A stretch of 64,000 bases of DNA, from contig CAZBQI010000002.1 of the NCBI GenBank assembly GCA_964494105.1, forward strand, positions 18,936-82,935. Reading direction: 5' to 3'. The translations under genes and the position numbers were made by a program. This DNA comes from an uncultured Candidatus Saccharibacteria bacterium. Its GTDB lineage: Bacteria; Patescibacteriota; Saccharimonadia; CAZBQI01. Below, piece after piece: positions 9,833-20,170 of this stretch (positions are counted from its first letter, which is position 1; each line of letters begins with the position of its first letter). Under the pieces are notes generated by a model that saw only the letters and a list, made by a program, of their open reading frames with translations, was not told the DNA's origin and made no database searches.

Positions 9833-10697
9833 TTTGTTCTACATGCTTAATGATCTTACTTGCCACATCTTTGCCAGTAGCTTTCTCGATGCCTTCCAGG
9901 CTAGGGCTAGAATTTACTTCTATCACCAATGGACCACGCTTAGAACGCAGCATATCCACTCCGGCTATATCAAGACCTAATTTCTTTGCCGCCTTTAGTG
10001 CTACCCTCTTTTCGTCATCAGTTAGTACGGCCGATTCGCCCGTACCACCCTGATGTATATTGGCTCTAAAGTCATCATCCAGTCCTTGGCGTTTCATGGC
10101 TGCGATTACACGACCACCAACTACAAATGCTCGAATATCAGCACCACCGGCTTCTTCTATGAATTCTTGAATTAAAATCGGCGCCCCTATGCTAAAGAAC
10201 GCTTGGATCACTGATTTTGCGGCTTTTTTAGTTTCGGCAATAACAACACCCTGGCCATGAGTACTTTTTACCAGTTTTACAATTAGCGGTGCACCACCAA
10301 CTTGCTCTATAAGATCCTCTACATCGCGAGGCTCACTGGCAAACGCGCTTTTCGGTATATCGATATCATCGCGTGCCAATAGTTGCAAGCTTCGGAGCTT
10401 ATCTCGAGAACGTACAATGGCAATCGATTTTGCAGTGGTATATGTATGTCCCATCTCAAACTGACGAACCAATGCACTTCCATAGCTAGTATAGCTGGCA
10501 GCAATTCGCGGAATAATCGCATCGACACCAGATACAACTTGGCCATTATAATGAACTTGTGGTTTGTTTTGCTCGATTTCCATGTAGCACTGCGAATAGT
10601 CCAATACGAGAGCATCATGGCCGGCCTCCTTGGCTGCGTCCCTTAACCGCTGAGTGGAATAGTTGTTTTTTCCTTTTGATAAGATAGCTATTCTCAT
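9792..10697 (-). CDS. rimK: RimK family alpha-L-glutamate ligase (ATP-grasp)
   Basis: MRIAILSK..., ATP-grasp motifs (PLIVKLVKSTHGQGV, ILIQEFI, DIRAFVVGGRV, GLDIAGVDMLRS). 301 aa. Confidence 0.85.
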   Translation of the reverse strand: MRIAILSKGKNNYSTQRLRDAAKEAGHDALVLDYSQCYMEIEQNKPQVHYNGQVVSGVDAIIPRIAASYTSYGSALVRQFEMGHTYTTAKSIAIVRSRDKLRSLQLLARDDIDIPKSAFASEPRDVEDLIEQVGGAPLIVKLVKSTHGQGVVIAETKKAAKSVIQAFFSIGAPILIQEFIEEAGGADIRAFVVGGRVIAAMKRQGLDDDFRANIHQGGTGESAVLTDDEKRVALKAAKKLGLDIAGVDMLRSKRGPLVIEVNSSPSLEGIEKATGKDVASKIIKHVEQNASRKQKQDRIGA

Positions 10698-11134
10698 GTT
10701 TCGTTCTCCCTTCTTGGTTGATGATCCAAATCGATAATAAAATGTTTGCGCAGAAAGTGCCTTCCTAGTAACACCGGATTACGCATTTTCGAGCGATCTG
10801 CCAGAGAAATATGTACCGAATGAATCTCTCCTAGTAATTTTACCTTAGTTTTAATCACAAAGCGCCATTGCAAATGTCCGCTTGAGCTACGAACCTGTAT
10901 GCGTTCAAATTTGCGTTTTATAATCTTTTTACCTTTATAGCCGGCAAATCTTGGTGCCAGCGGTACAAAGTGCAGTTCAAGCAATTCGCCACGCTCAACC
11001 AGCTCTATCGAGTCACAATGAATAGAACAGTGATATGCGCCGGTATCAACTTTTGCCGGAATATTTGCAAGATCAAACTCAAGCAGGTCTATTGGTGCCG
11101 AGCGACCGATAGTTTTTTTCACTTGACTGGACAT
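10694..11134 (-). CDS. retropepsin-like aspartic peptidase (PF05618 putative ATP-dependent zinc protease, RimB-like)
   Basis: 146 aa. DTGA catalytic motif (KVDTGAYHCSIH) and a C-terminal LLGRHFL. Its start and stop both overlap the flanking ATP-grasp genes. Confidence 0.7.
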   Translation of the reverse strand: MSSQVKKTIGRSAPIDLLEFDLANIPAKVDTGAYHCSIHCDSIELVERGELLELHFVPLAPRFAGYKGKKIIKRKFERIQVRSSSGHLQWRFVIKTKVKLLGEIHSVHISLADRSKMRNPVLLGRHFLRKHFIIDLDHQPRRENET

Positions 11135-12054
11135 TATTGTGTTTGCTCCTTTAGTTTATTAACTATTAATTTATGTAGAGCGTCAGTCTTCTCGTCAGTG
11201 CCCACCTTGCTCACAATATCGGGGGCAGCATTCACTTCTAGAATATAGTGTTTACCACTATTTTTATCAATTATTACATCTACACCACTAAACTCGCGCC
11301 GGTGTAGTTTGCCCGCTCTTATTACATCGTTTCTTATTTGTGCCGAAAAATCTTTAGCATCAACAATTTTTCCCTCGGCACCTGCAGAAGTATTGTTAAG
11401 GTGCGTTGAATCATCAAGCCGCGTGCGCTTAATTACCAAAGCGATTTCGCTACCGGCAACCAGAAAACGATAATCACAATCGTTAGCGATATATCCCTGT
11501 AGAACGAAGTCTATTTCTGGTCTGGAATTTACAATTTCTGAAGCGCGCTTAGCATTGTTAGCAAGAAAGTTATTGCTACCACGAGTTCCGTTTATGTCTT
11601 TAACTACCATGGGGAAGCCAAAATTCTTATCGCTATTGATAAATTTGATCATGTGTTTTGGTGTGGAATAATAAGTATTAGGAACGGGGATGCCAGCTAC
11701 TGCTAGCTTCACTAAGTCAGTCAGTTTTGTCATTGAGCGCTTGGAGTGTACTTCACTATCAAAAAACTTATTGCCCTTGTACTTTAAATAAAGTGCAGCT
11801 GCTGTAGCACGCTCATACTGCCGTTGCCACAGTCGAAAGAACACCAAATCGTAATCTGAAATGTCGCGTTTATTGAGGGGATCGTAAATTGTGAGTATAT
11901 TATTTCTGATTAAGAATTCAAGTTCCTTGATAGCGCCCTTATAGGCACGATACCCGTGCGTAGAAGATTTTTTACCTACCTGCTCCATTAAATCGTCGTA
12001 GTTGGGGCGCAGACGGTTTTTGGCATAACTGAATAAAAATAAGACGTCTTTCAT
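11134..12054 (-). CDS. second ATP-grasp domain ligase (RimK/GshB-like paralog)
   Basis: 306 aa. PMVVKDINGTRGSNNFLANN, CDYRFLVAGSEI, and a C-terminal GVDVIIDKNSGKHYILEVNAAP. Diverged from the rimK downstream. Confidence 0.65.
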   Translation of the reverse strand: MKDVLFLFSYAKNRLRPNYDDLMEQVGKKSSTHGYRAYKGAIKELEFLIRNNILTIYDPLNKRDISDYDLVFFRLWQRQYERATAAALYLKYKGNKFFDSEVHSKRSMTKLTDLVKLAVAGIPVPNTYYSTPKHMIKFINSDKNFGFPMVVKDINGTRGSNNFLANNAKRASEIVNSRPEIDFVLQGYIANDCDYRFLVAGSEIALVIKRTRLDDSTHLNNTSAGAEGKIVDAKDFSAQIRNDVIRAGKLHRREFSGVDVIIDKNSGKHYILEVNAAPDIVSKVGTDEKTDALHKLIVNKLKEQTQ

Positions 12055-12135
12055 AGCTCTCCTTGCCGTACATAGTAACAGACAGCTAAGTAATTAAGTT
12101 TACAATACCATATTATTTAACTTATGTCTACTTAG

Positions 12136-13230
12136 CTAGCGAGCCCAAAAGCTTTTTTTAGTATTCTTTGAAAACTCTTCTAGTAACTCTTTTTGTTTCT
12201 GAGTTAGTTTCTTGGGTATTTTCACTTCTGCTGTAACCAAGTGATCGCCTCGACGACCACCGTGCTGGACTCCATGCCCCGTGAGCTTAAAGACTTGTCC
12301 GCTTTGAGTACCGGCGGGAATCTTCATCTTAATGGGCCCGTCGACGGTATCAACCTCAACTTCAGTTCCAAGAACTGCCTCAACCATCTCTACATCAAGA
12401 TTCGAACATATATTAAAGCCATCGCGGGTAAATTTTGATGATCCACGTACATGCAAATGTATATACAAATCGCCGGTTGCACCTTTGCGAGTCTGTTCGC
12501 CTTCGCCACGCAATCGAATAGTATTGCCGTCACTCACACCAGCTGGAACTTGGACATTGATTTCACGGCGGTTTTTTTCGATACCACTACCACCACACTG
12601 ACTGCAAGGCGTCTCCGGCACGACCCCTTCTCCGCCACAGGTTGTGCATATAGCTGTTTGCTGTATGTTGCCAAGTACTGTTCGCTGAGTTTTTGTGACC
12701 GTCCCTCTTCCGTTACAAGTATCACATGCCTTCAATTCACTATCAGGCTCTTTGCGTAAACCCTGGCAACGACTACACGCTTGCTGTAGTTCTAAACTAA
12801 TTTTCTTTTCGGTCCCAAAAACCGCCTCTTCAAAGCTTAGATTAATGCTGGTTTCTACGTCACGTGGCCTAGTTGCCTGGGCTGTCCTGGAGCCAGCTGC
12901 TCCACCAAAGAAACTACCAAATACATCGCCGAGATCACCAAGGTCAAACTCCATACCACCGGCATTAAAGCCACCGAATCCTTCGTAGCCAGCACCAGAA
13001 CTACTACCTGCTGCTCCACCAAAAGGATTGTGACCAAATTGATCGTACTGCTGTTTCTTGGCGGGATCCTTTAAGGTTTCATATGCTTCGTTAGCTTCTT
13101 TAAATTTCTCGCTGTCTCCACCTTTGTCGGGGTGGTGCTCGAGGGCGAGTTTGCGATAGGCTTTTTTGATATCATCGGCTGAAGCAGATTTATCAACACC
13201 AAGTATTTCGTAGTAGTCTCGCTTAGACAT
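12136..13230 (-). CDS. dnaJ: molecular chaperone DnaJ
   Basis: J domain with HPD ([14 protein letters not shown]), a G/F-rich linker, and four CxxCxGxG zinc-finger repeats. Confidence 0.95.
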   Translation of the reverse strand: MSKRDYYEILGVDKSASADDIKKAYRKLALEHHPDKGGDSEKFKEANEAYETLKDPAKKQQYDQFGHNPFGGAAGSSSGAGYEGFGGFNAGGMEFDLGDLGDVFGSFFGGAAGSRTAQATRPRDVETSINLSFEEAVFGTEKKISLELQQACSRCQGLRKEPDSELKACDTCNGRGTVTKTQRTVLGNIQQTAICTTCGGEGVVPETPCSQCGGSGIEKNRREINVQVPAGVSDGNTIRLRGEGEQTRKGATGDLYIHLHVRGSSKFTRDGFNICSNLDVEMVEAVLGTEVEVDTVDGPIKMKIPAGTQSGQVFKLTGHGVQHGGRRGDHLVTAEVKIPKKLTQKQKELLEEFSKNTKKSFWAR

Positions 13231-13233
13231 CGC

Positions 13234-13839
13234 TTAAACCACCAATGTCTTAAAGTAATCAATAAAGCGCAAAACAATAAGTGCCATGACTAATACATAC
13301 CAACCAATTAGAAAATCCAGGTGATGTTTTTGAACAAATTCGAATAGCTTATTACCTTGTTTTACGTGCAAGTTCTTATGGCGATAATTGTACAAACTGG
13401 TATGTAAAAACAATGCAGACACCACTATCCATGCCAATATACAGTACAAACAAAGTGAACCTAAAACATACAGGCTCTGGCCAATTAGCCACAGCACAAA
13501 CACCATTCCCAGCGTTGTTCCTAGCTGCAAACCTAGCCAGAACCAGCGTTTAAATGTTGCTCCGGCTAGAATGGCTACACCAATTGTAATAAGCACACTA
13601 AAAGCAGCAATACCTATAAGTGGGTTAGGAAAGCCAAAAGCACTGGCTTGATCTGAATTTATAATGGGACCACAACTTAAGATCGGATTGAGGCTACAGC
13701 TTAGCTGATGAGCAGGATCTTTGAGTAAGGCTATTTTCTCGAGCGTAAGCGTGAAGCTGGCAAATAAGCCAAGCGCTCCACCGACAATTAATGTCCACGG
13801 TAATACTTTATCTAGTTTGCTTATCTTGTTTATTATCAT
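13234..13839 (-). CDS. vitamin K epoxide reductase (VKOR) family membrane protein
   Basis: Polytopic. Loop cysteines SCSLNPILSCG and an active-site CxxC in a TM helix (SLCLYCILAW). Confidence 0.7.
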   Translation of the reverse strand: MIINKISKLDKVLPWTLIVGGALGLFASFTLTLEKIALLKDPAHQLSCSLNPILSCGPIINSDQASAFGFPNPLIGIAAFSVLITIGVAILAGATFKRWFWLGLQLGTTLGMVFVLWLIGQSLYVLGSLCLYCILAWIVVSALFLHTSLYNYRHKNLHVKQGNKLFEFVQKHHLDFLIGWYVLVMALIVLRFIDYFKTLVV

Positions 13840-13848
13840 ATTAATATT

Positions 13849-14199
13849 CTAGACTAAATATAGCTTTTCGTTTAAGTTTGGATAGGGTGGCATCGCTCTA
13901 GCCAAAATCATATCTCTAAGCTGGCAATAAAAATTATCTGCCTCATCTGAACTTATTGTATCGTTGTGATTATTCTTAGATGAAACGATCGCGTTAAAGA
14001 ACCATTCACAACTGTACCTGTCATCCGACCGACCATAGCGGTATATGGTAGATGCTAGTTGGGCTAACATTTTTCTATCTGTCAAACTTGGCATCGAAGC
14101 ATTAACAGTATTCCGCCATGCCAAAAAAGCATTATAAATAACAGAGTTTGCTTGGCTCATTTTTTCATTTTTCCTTTTCATTTTTAGAAGTCTGGTCAT
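13849..14199 (-). CDS. hypothetical protein
   Basis: 116 aa ORF with no recognisable motif. The true start may be the internal MSQANSV. Confidence 0.3.
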   Translation of the reverse strand: MTRLLKMKRKNEKMSQANSVIYNAFLAWRNTVNASMPSLTDRKMLAQLASTIYRYGRSDDRYSCEWFFNAIVSSKNNHNDTISSDEADNFYCQLRDMILARAMPPYPNLNEKLYLV

Positions 14200-14443
14200 T
14201 GCTTTTTCTCCTTAGAAGCAAGCCACTTACAGTCCCGCCCGCCAGACCAGCGAGAATAGGTATTACTAACAGAGGAACTATTAACCAAACCCAGCTCAAA
14301 CCTATAAATGTTATAAAAACTGCAGTAAGAAGCGCACTCCAATTTAATAGTTTATTGAGGACATCCTTTCGGTTATCAAATATGGCCATTACGGCCAGTT
14401 GACCTAGCCATAGAAATGTAAAAAATACTAAGTTTGATACCAT
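14165..14443 (-). CDS. small membrane protein, hypothetical
   Basis: 92 aa with three hydrophobic helices, immediately downstream of dnaK. Confidence 0.35.
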   Translation of the reverse strand: MVSNLVFFTFLWLGQLAVMAIFDNRKDVLNKLLNWSALLTAVFITFIGLSWVWLIVPLLVIPILAGLAGGTVSGLLLRRKSNDQTSKNEKEK

Positions 14444-14448
14444 ATTGA

Positions 14449-16371
14449 CTATTCTTTCTTATCTTCGTCCTTTTTATCATCCACGACTTCGCCTTCAACC
14501 GGCTCAGCTTTTTTATCGGCTCCTTCGACTTCAGTATCAGCTTTTGCGGCTTCAGCTTCAGCTTCTTTTTGGACATTCTCGTGCAACTTAGTGCCAACCG
14601 GTTGAACTTTTTCTAGCAGTTCCTTGGCAGCAGATTCGAGCTCTTCTTTGCTATCACTTTCAATTTTATCCTTGGCAGCTTTTACCGCCTCTTCAACGGT
14701 TTTCTTGTCTTCTTCCGAGATCTTCTTGTCGTTTTCTTTAAGCATTTTTTCTGAAGTGTAAATAGCACTGTCAAGCGCATTCCGACTTTCTACCAGTTCA
14801 CGCTTTTTGCGATCTTCATCAGCGTGTGCTTCGGCTTCTTTTTGCATCTTTTCAACTTCTTCTTTATCTAAGTTTCCGCTGTTCTGAATAGTTATAGATT
14901 GCTCCTTGCCACTAGCTTTGTCTTTGGCGCTAACGTTCAGTATTCCATTAGCATCTAGGTTGAAAGTAACTTCTACCTGTGGAATACCACGTGGAGCCGG
15001 AGGAATACCATCTAGTATAAAGCGACCTAAGCTTTTGTTATCGACAGCCATTTCGCGCTCACCTTGCAAGACATTAATTTCAACACTAGGCTGGTTGTCG
15101 CTAGCTGTAGAAAAGATTTGATTCTTGCTAGTTGGAACGGTGGTGTTTTTGTCTACTAACTTCGTAGCAATTCCACCCTCAGTTTCAAGCCCTAGACTCA
15201 GTGGCGTCACGTCTAGCAACAAAACATCTTTTACGTCACCGGCCAGTACTCCACCCTGAATAGCAGCACCCACGGCCACTACTTCGTCTGGGTTGACTCC
15301 CTTCATCGGCTCTTTGCCAAAAATCTCTTTTACCTTGGCTTGAACAGCTGGCATGCGGGTCATGCCACCGACTAAAATAACTTCGTTTATGTCTTTGGTT
15401 TCAAGCTTGGCGTCTTTAAGAGCTTCTCGGCATGGACGTTCGGTTTTTGCGATTATTTCACCTACCAAGTCTTCGAGCTTGGCGCGTGTCAATTTGTACT
15501 CGAAGTGCTTTGGCCCTTCGGCGTCAGCAGTAATAAACGGTAAGTTAATATCTGTTTCAGTAGTAGTAGAGAGCTCAACCTTGGCTTTCTCGGCAGCTTC
15601 TTTTAGGCGTTGCAAGGCAGCTTTATCTTTGGTTAAGTCAATGCCTTGTTCTTTTTTAAATTCTTCTACTAGATGATTCACAATCACCATGTCAAAATCT
15701 TCCCCGCCAAGGTGAGTGTCGCCATTGGTACTTTTTACTTCAAACACACCATCGCCAAGTTCTAGAATGGAAACATCAAATGTACCGCCACCAAGGTCAA
15801 AAACCGCAATCTTTTCCTCTTTCTTTTTGTCTAATCCATAGGCGAGGGCAGCAGCAGTTGGCTCGTTGATAATTCGTTTTACTTCTAAGCCAGCAATTTT
15901 GCCAGCGTCTTTAGTAGCCTGGCGCTGAGAATCATCAAAGTAGGCAGGTACGGTAATGACTGCTTCGGTAATCTTCTCGTTCAAATACTTTTCAGCATCG
16001 GCTTTGAGCTTGGAAAGAATCATGGCGCTAATTTCCTCTGGACTATGCTCTTTATCAGCCATTGCTACTTTTACACCAGTTCCAGCTTCGACAATTTTAT
16101 ATGGCATCAGGTCGATATCTCGCTGAACTTCTTTATCCTTAAACTTACGACCAATCAAGCGCTTAACACCAAAGATTGTGTTGACGCCATTAACAACGGC
16201 TTGACGCTTGGCAACCTGACCAACCAGTCTTTCGCCGTTTTTATTAACAGCAACCACGCTAGGTGTAGTACGCCCACCTTCTTCATTTGTAATTATTGTG
16301 CCTTGCCCACCTTCCATTACAGCCATTGCTGAGTTGGTTGTTCCAAGATCGATTCCTAAGATTTTACCCAT
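14449..16371 (-). CDS. dnaK: molecular chaperone DnaK (Hsp70)
   Basis: Begins GIDLGTTNS; DLGGGTFD; [11 protein letters not shown]; C-terminal lid and an acidic tail. 640 aa. Confidence 0.97.
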   Translation of the reverse strand: MGKILGIDLGTTNSAMAVMEGGQGTIITNEEGGRTTPSVVAVNKNGERLVGQVAKRQAVVNGVNTIFGVKRLIGRKFKDKEVQRDIDLMPYKIVEAGTGVKVAMADKEHSPEEISAMILSKLKADAEKYLNEKITEAVITVPAYFDDSQRQATKDAGKIAGLEVKRIINEPTAAALAYGLDKKKEEKIAVFDLGGGTFDVSILELGDGVFEVKSTNGDTHLGGEDFDMVIVNHLVEEFKKEQGIDLTKDKAALQRLKEAAEKAKVELSTTTETDINLPFITADAEGPKHFEYKLTRAKLEDLVGEIIAKTERPCREALKDAKLETKDINEVILVGGMTRMPAVQAKVKEIFGKEPMKGVNPDEVVAVGAAIQGGVLAGDVKDVLLLDVTPLSLGLETEGGIATKLVDKNTTVPTSKNQIFSTASDNQPSVEINVLQGEREMAVDNKSLGRFILDGIPPAPRGIPQVEVTFNLDANGILNVSAKDKASGKEQSITIQNSGNLDKEEVEKMQKEAEAHADEDRKKRELVESRNALDSAIYTSEKMLKENDKKISEEDKKTVEEAVKAAKDKIESDSKEELESAAKELLEKVQPVGTKLHENVQKEAEAEAAKADTEVEGADKKAEPVEGEVVDDKKDEDKKE

Positions 16372-16373
16372 TG

Positions 16374-16865
16374 TTATTTCTCCTTCTTTACTTTAACTAT
16401 TGAATGTCTTATTACTCTATTTCCTAGTTTGTAGCCTGCTTGTAACTCTTCGGCTACAATTTCTTCGCCCGCTGACGAATCGCCTTCACCATCTTCGTAG
16501 CCAACTGCCTCATGTAGCTCTGGGTCAAACGACTCGCCAACAGCATTAATCTTACTTAAACCAAGCTCTGCCAAGATGCCATCTACCTGCTTAGCAACTT
16601 GTTCTACTCCATTGGCCCAATCGTTATCTTTCAAATCCTCTGGGCGGTGATGTAAGGCACGTTCGATATTATCGATAAGTGGCAAGATATGCAGAATTAC
16701 CGTTTCTTTGGCCATTTCCATAATGCCAGATTTTTCTTCGTCACTGCGACGCTTAAAATTCACAAAATCGGCATGGACCCGCTGTAAATCGGCAGTAAGT
16801 TCGCCAACTTGGTTTTCTAGTCTATCTAGCTTCTTTTCGGTTTTTGCTGGTTTGTCTTTAGGCAT
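16374..16865 (-). CDS. grpE: nucleotide exchange factor GrpE
   Basis: Coiled-coil N-terminus ([27 protein letters not shown]), GrpE C-terminal domain, 163 aa, in operon with dnaK. Confidence 0.9.
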   Translation of the reverse strand: MPKDKPAKTEKKLDRLENQVGELTADLQRVHADFVNFKRRSDEEKSGIMEMAKETVILHILPLIDNIERALHHRPEDLKDNDWANGVEQVAKQVDGILAELGLSKINAVGESFDPELHEAVGYEDGEGDSSAGEEIVAEELQAGYKLGNRVIRHSIVKVKKEK

Positions 16866-17577
16866 TTAGAACCTCCTCTAATCTACTACCTACGTGCTCA
16901 ACTAAGTTCATTACTTTCGGGTAGCTTTGGCGGGTTGGGCCAACTACGCCGACATAGCTGTAGTCACTATACGGTGAGGCAAAGCGGGAAATTATTAACG
17001 CACAACCACTAGCCTTACCCATTGGGTTTTCGTTACCAATGTAAACATTGACGCGTCCACTTGGGCTTATTTCGCGCAACCACGGCTCTAGGTTATCGAG
17101 TAAACTCGCTACTTCTTGAATTCGGCGCTGATTCTCGAATTCAGGCTGGGCGAATAAATGTGCCAGCCCACTCATATATAAGCTGTTGCCAATTGTGCCT
17201 ACCGCCAAATTATTGGTAACTTCTACCAGGGTATCTACCGCTGATTTGACAGCTTGTGCCGGTTCGCCCGCGGCGTCAATTCGACTATCTATAGCTCTTG
17301 ATTGGCGTGAAGCTTTTACCGCCTGTAATTTGGCACGCGTTTCTTGCTTGATGTGATCGACATACCAGCGATAACCTTTATCTGTAGGAATTCTCCCGGC
17401 ACTAGTGTGCGGCTGCCCAATAAAACCAAAATGCTCAAGCGTAGCCATCTCGGCTCGAATTGTTGCCGGCGAATAATCAAATTCTTGACTCAAGCCAAGC
17501 GAACCAACCGGATTGGCCGTCTGCACATAGCTATCAACTATAGCGTGTAGTATTTCTGCTTGGCGTGGAGACATCAT
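16858..17577 (-). CDS. hrcA: heat-inducible transcriptional repressor HrcA (short form)
   Basis: N-terminal wHTH (RQAEILHAIVDSYVQTANPVGS). 239 aa, which is shorter than typical HrcA. A CIRCE element lies upstream. Confidence 0.8.
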   Translation of the reverse strand: MMSPRQAEILHAIVDSYVQTANPVGSLGLSQEFDYSPATIRAEMATLEHFGFIGQPHTSAGRIPTDKGYRWYVDHIKQETRAKLQAVKASRQSRAIDSRIDAAGEPAQAVKSAVDTLVEVTNNLAVGTIGNSLYMSGLAHLFAQPEFENQRRIQEVASLLDNLEPWLREISPSGRVNVYIGNENPMGKASGCALIISRFASPYSDYSYVGVVGPTRQSYPKVMNLVEHVGSRLEEVLNA

Positions 17578-17639
17578 ACCTCTTTAAGCGCTGGCACTCT
17601 TAGCTATTTATTGCCAACGTATGAGCTTATGATAAATAA

Positions 17640-17666
17640 TTAGCACTCTCGTGTCAAGAGTGCTAA
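17640..17666. promoter_or_regulatory. CIRCE operator (TTAGCACTC-N9-GAGTGCTAA), HrcA binding site
   Basis: Perfect consensus inverted repeat read directly. It lies 63 bp upstream of the hrcA start, in the divergent region shared with the ABC transporter. Confidence 0.85.
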
Positions 17667-17708
17667 CATTACATCTCCCTCTGTTATCTGTTAAAATATT
17701 AAAAATCT

Positions 17709-18629
17709 ATGAGCACACCAAGTTTAGAAGTAAAAAAGCTAGCTAAAGAATACTCCAAATATCGAGCCGTCGATGGCATTAGCTTTCAAGTACAACCCGG
17801 CGAAGTGCTAGGGCTTTTGGGTCCAAACGGAGCCGGCAAAAGTACCACGATCCAGATGCTCTTGGGTATCACCACGCCTACTTCAGGTGTGATTAGCTAT
17901 TTTGGATACGACATGAGAACCAATCGTCAGGCTTGCCTACAACGAATTAATTACGTATCAGCGTACAATACACTGCAATACCGCATTACTGTGTGGGAAA
18001 ACCTAAGTGTATTTGCCGGGCTTTATTCTGTTATCAAGCCAAAAGATAAAATAAATGATTTGCTCAAGACTTTTAATATTGAGCACTTAAGAGATCAGAA
18101 ATACATTAACCTTTCTTCGGGTGAGCGAACAAGGGTAAACCTAGCCAAAGCCCTAATAAACGATCCGGAGATAATTCTAATGGATGAACCAACAGCTTCT
18201 CTTGATCCTGACATAGCCGACAAAACCCTGAGTATTATCGAAGACCTGCGCACCAATCGAAACACTTCGATTCTTTTTACGAGCCACAATATGGACGAAG
18301 TAACTCGCATTTGCGACAAAGTGATTATTTTGGACCACGGCAAGATCGTCAAGCAAGATGATCCACTCACCCTAACCAAAGAACTGGGTACTGCAAATTT
18401 GCATTTAGTTTTTGAAGGCGACAAAGATAAACTAATTGGCTTTCTAAAATCAAAAAGTAAAAAGCCGACCTTTACTCACGACTATAGCGTTACTTTTCCG
18501 GTTCGCGAGCGTGAAGCAGCCGTATATATCCAGGCAATCTCGTCTCTCGGCATCAAAATTCTTGATTTGGATCTTAAAAAGCCGGATCTAGAAGACGTTT
18601 TTCTAAATATTGCCAGGAGGCAAAAATGA
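17709..18629 (+). CDS. ABC transporter ATP-binding protein
   Basis: Walker A GPNGAGKST, signature LSSGERTR, Walker B ILMDEPT, and the H-loop. Confidence 0.9.
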   Translation: MSTPSLEVKKLAKEYSKYRAVDGISFQVQPGEVLGLLGPNGAGKSTTIQMLLGITTPTSGVISYFGYDMRTNRQACLQRINYVSAYNTLQYRITVWENLSVFAGLYSVIKPKDKINDLLKTFNIEHLRDQKYINLSSGERTRVNLAKALINDPEIILMDEPTASLDPDIADKTLSIIEDLRTNRNTSILFTSHNMDEVTRICDKVIILDHGKIVKQDDPLTLTKELGTANLHLVFEGDKDKLIGFLKSKSKKPTFTHDYSVTFPVREREAAVYIQAISSLGIKILDLDLKKPDLEDVFLNIARRQK

Positions 18630-19414
18630 GTCCTCGACGCATGTGGTCTGTTTTCAAGCAAGAGGTTTTTATCTCGAAGCGGTCGCTTGAAGTAGTGATG
18701 GATCTGCTGTTTTATTCGCTCTTTTCCCTACTACTTTTTGGCTTTATATCGCTATTTTTAGCTGGTCAATCAGACGGTGCTGTTGCCAAAGTAGTAATCC
18801 TAGGATTACTACTTTGGGAGGTAATTCGACTAACCCAATACACGGTTAGCGTTGGCAGTATGTGGAATGTGTGGTCGCGCAACCTGACCAATATGTTTGT
18901 GGCACCAGTTTCAACGCCGGAATACATGGGTGCACAAATGATTTCGGCAGCCGTGAAGACAGCCTTTATCTTTACTTTTTTGAGCATAATTGCGAATTAC
19001 GCCTTTAACTTTAACATCCTGAGCATTGGCTTTCTTAATCTCACAATTATCTTTGTAAATATGATTGTGTTTGCTTGGGCTCTCGGCCTCGTTCTGCTTG
19101 GCTTTGTGTTCCGCTATGGTACGCGCATTCAAGCACTTGCCTGGGGTACTGTCTTTTTGTTTCAGCCACTTTGCGCGGCTTTTTTTCCGGTTTCGGTACT
19201 TCCCATTGGCATAAGGCAAATTGCATACAGCATACCGGCAACCTATTTTTTTGAGCTCGGACGATGGGGCCTTGCTTACCACACTACCAACTGGACACTT
19301 GTTGGCATTGGAGTAGTTTTGAATATCGTATTTTTTGCCATGGCGATTTTTGTTTTTGGTAAATTATTTGCAAAATCACGCGCAACGGGGCAATTCGCCC
19401 GTAACGACACCTAA
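18626..19414 (+). CDS. ABC-2 type transporter permease
   Basis: Six predicted TM helices, overlaps the ATPase stop by 4 bp. 262 aa. Confidence 0.7.
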   Translation: MSPRRMWSVFKQEVFISKRSLEVVMDLLFYSLFSLLLFGFISLFLAGQSDGAVAKVVILGLLLWEVIRLTQYTVSVGSMWNVWSRNLTNMFVAPVSTPEYMGAQMISAAVKTAFIFTFLSIIANYAFNFNILSIGFLNLTIIFVNMIVFAWALGLVLLGFVFRYGTRIQALAWGTVFLFQPLCAAFFPVSVLPIGIRQIAYSIPATYFFELGRWGLAYHTTNWTLVGIGVVLNIVFFAMAIFVFGKLFAKSRATGQFARNDT

Positions 19415-19432
19415 AACCTAATAGCCTTCCTC

Positions 19433-20152
19433 TTAATTTAGTCGGCTTAGTAGAGCTTTGGCCACTTCTATGCCCATTTTTTGGTGCTTTTCGCTGCGCT
19501 CGCCACCGCTTGCAATTTTATCAACTGCCTTAACGGCGCTCTCTAGGTCATCATTAATGACAAACTGGTAATAATCCTTTTTTAACGCTGTATCAATTTC
19601 CATGGCTGCACTTTGGTATCTATTAGTTAATTCATCTGCGTGCAATCGTCCACGATCGTTTAGTCTGCGTTCCCATTCTTCAAAACTTGGAGGTAGCACA
19701 AAAACTGGAGTGGTATTGGGCTTGAGCACCATATACTCTTCCACCCCTTGGACCTCAATGTCTGTAGTAGCGATTTTATTCTCAGCAGAGGCTTTCATAA
19801 TTTCTTTTACACTCGTACCCGAAAACTGCTGATTATGGATAAATTTGCACTCTACAAATTCACCGTTCTTCAGCATGCGCAGCAAGTTTTCGTTCGTAAT
19901 GAAAAAGTATTCAACCCCATTTTGTTCGGGCATACCATTATTGGCTCTCGGTGGGCGCGTAGTATGAGAAACAATAAAGTAATACTTGTTTGTCTTGAGT
20001 AGTTCTTGAATTATTCTTTGCTTGCCAGCACCCGTCATTCCAACTAGTAACAGCACTTGTGCCTTGGCTAAAATATCACGCGTTTCATCACTTGGATGAT
20101 ACTTATCCAGTACATCTTTAATTTCTGCAACTAATTGTTCGTCGTCCATCAT
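19433..20152 (-). CDS. gmk: guanylate kinase family protein
   Basis: P-loop GMTGAGKQ, SHTTRPPR motif and E..GVEYFFI. There is an N-terminal extension of about 30 aa. Confidence 0.6.
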   Translation of the reverse strand: MMDDEQLVAEIKDVLDKYHPSDETRDILAKAQVLLLVGMTGAGKQRIIQELLKTNKYYFIVSHTTRPPRANNGMPEQNGVEYFFITNENLLRMLKNGEFVECKFIHNQQFSGTSVKEIMKASAENKIATTDIEVQGVEEYMVLKPNTTPVFVLPPSFEEWERRLNDRGRLHADELTNRYQSAAMEIDTALKKDYYQFVINDDLESAVKAVDKIASGGERSEKHQKMGIEVAKALLSRLN

Positions 20153-20170
20153 CTGATTATGCCCTATATG

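Noticed and set aside
12241-12988. Several plus-strand ORFs antisense to dnaJ
   Set aside because: They are nested inside a highly conserved dnaJ reading frame on the opposite strand. They are typical antisense artefacts.
14906-16332. Plus-strand ORFs antisense to dnaK
   Set aside because: Inside dnaK on the opposite strand, so spurious.
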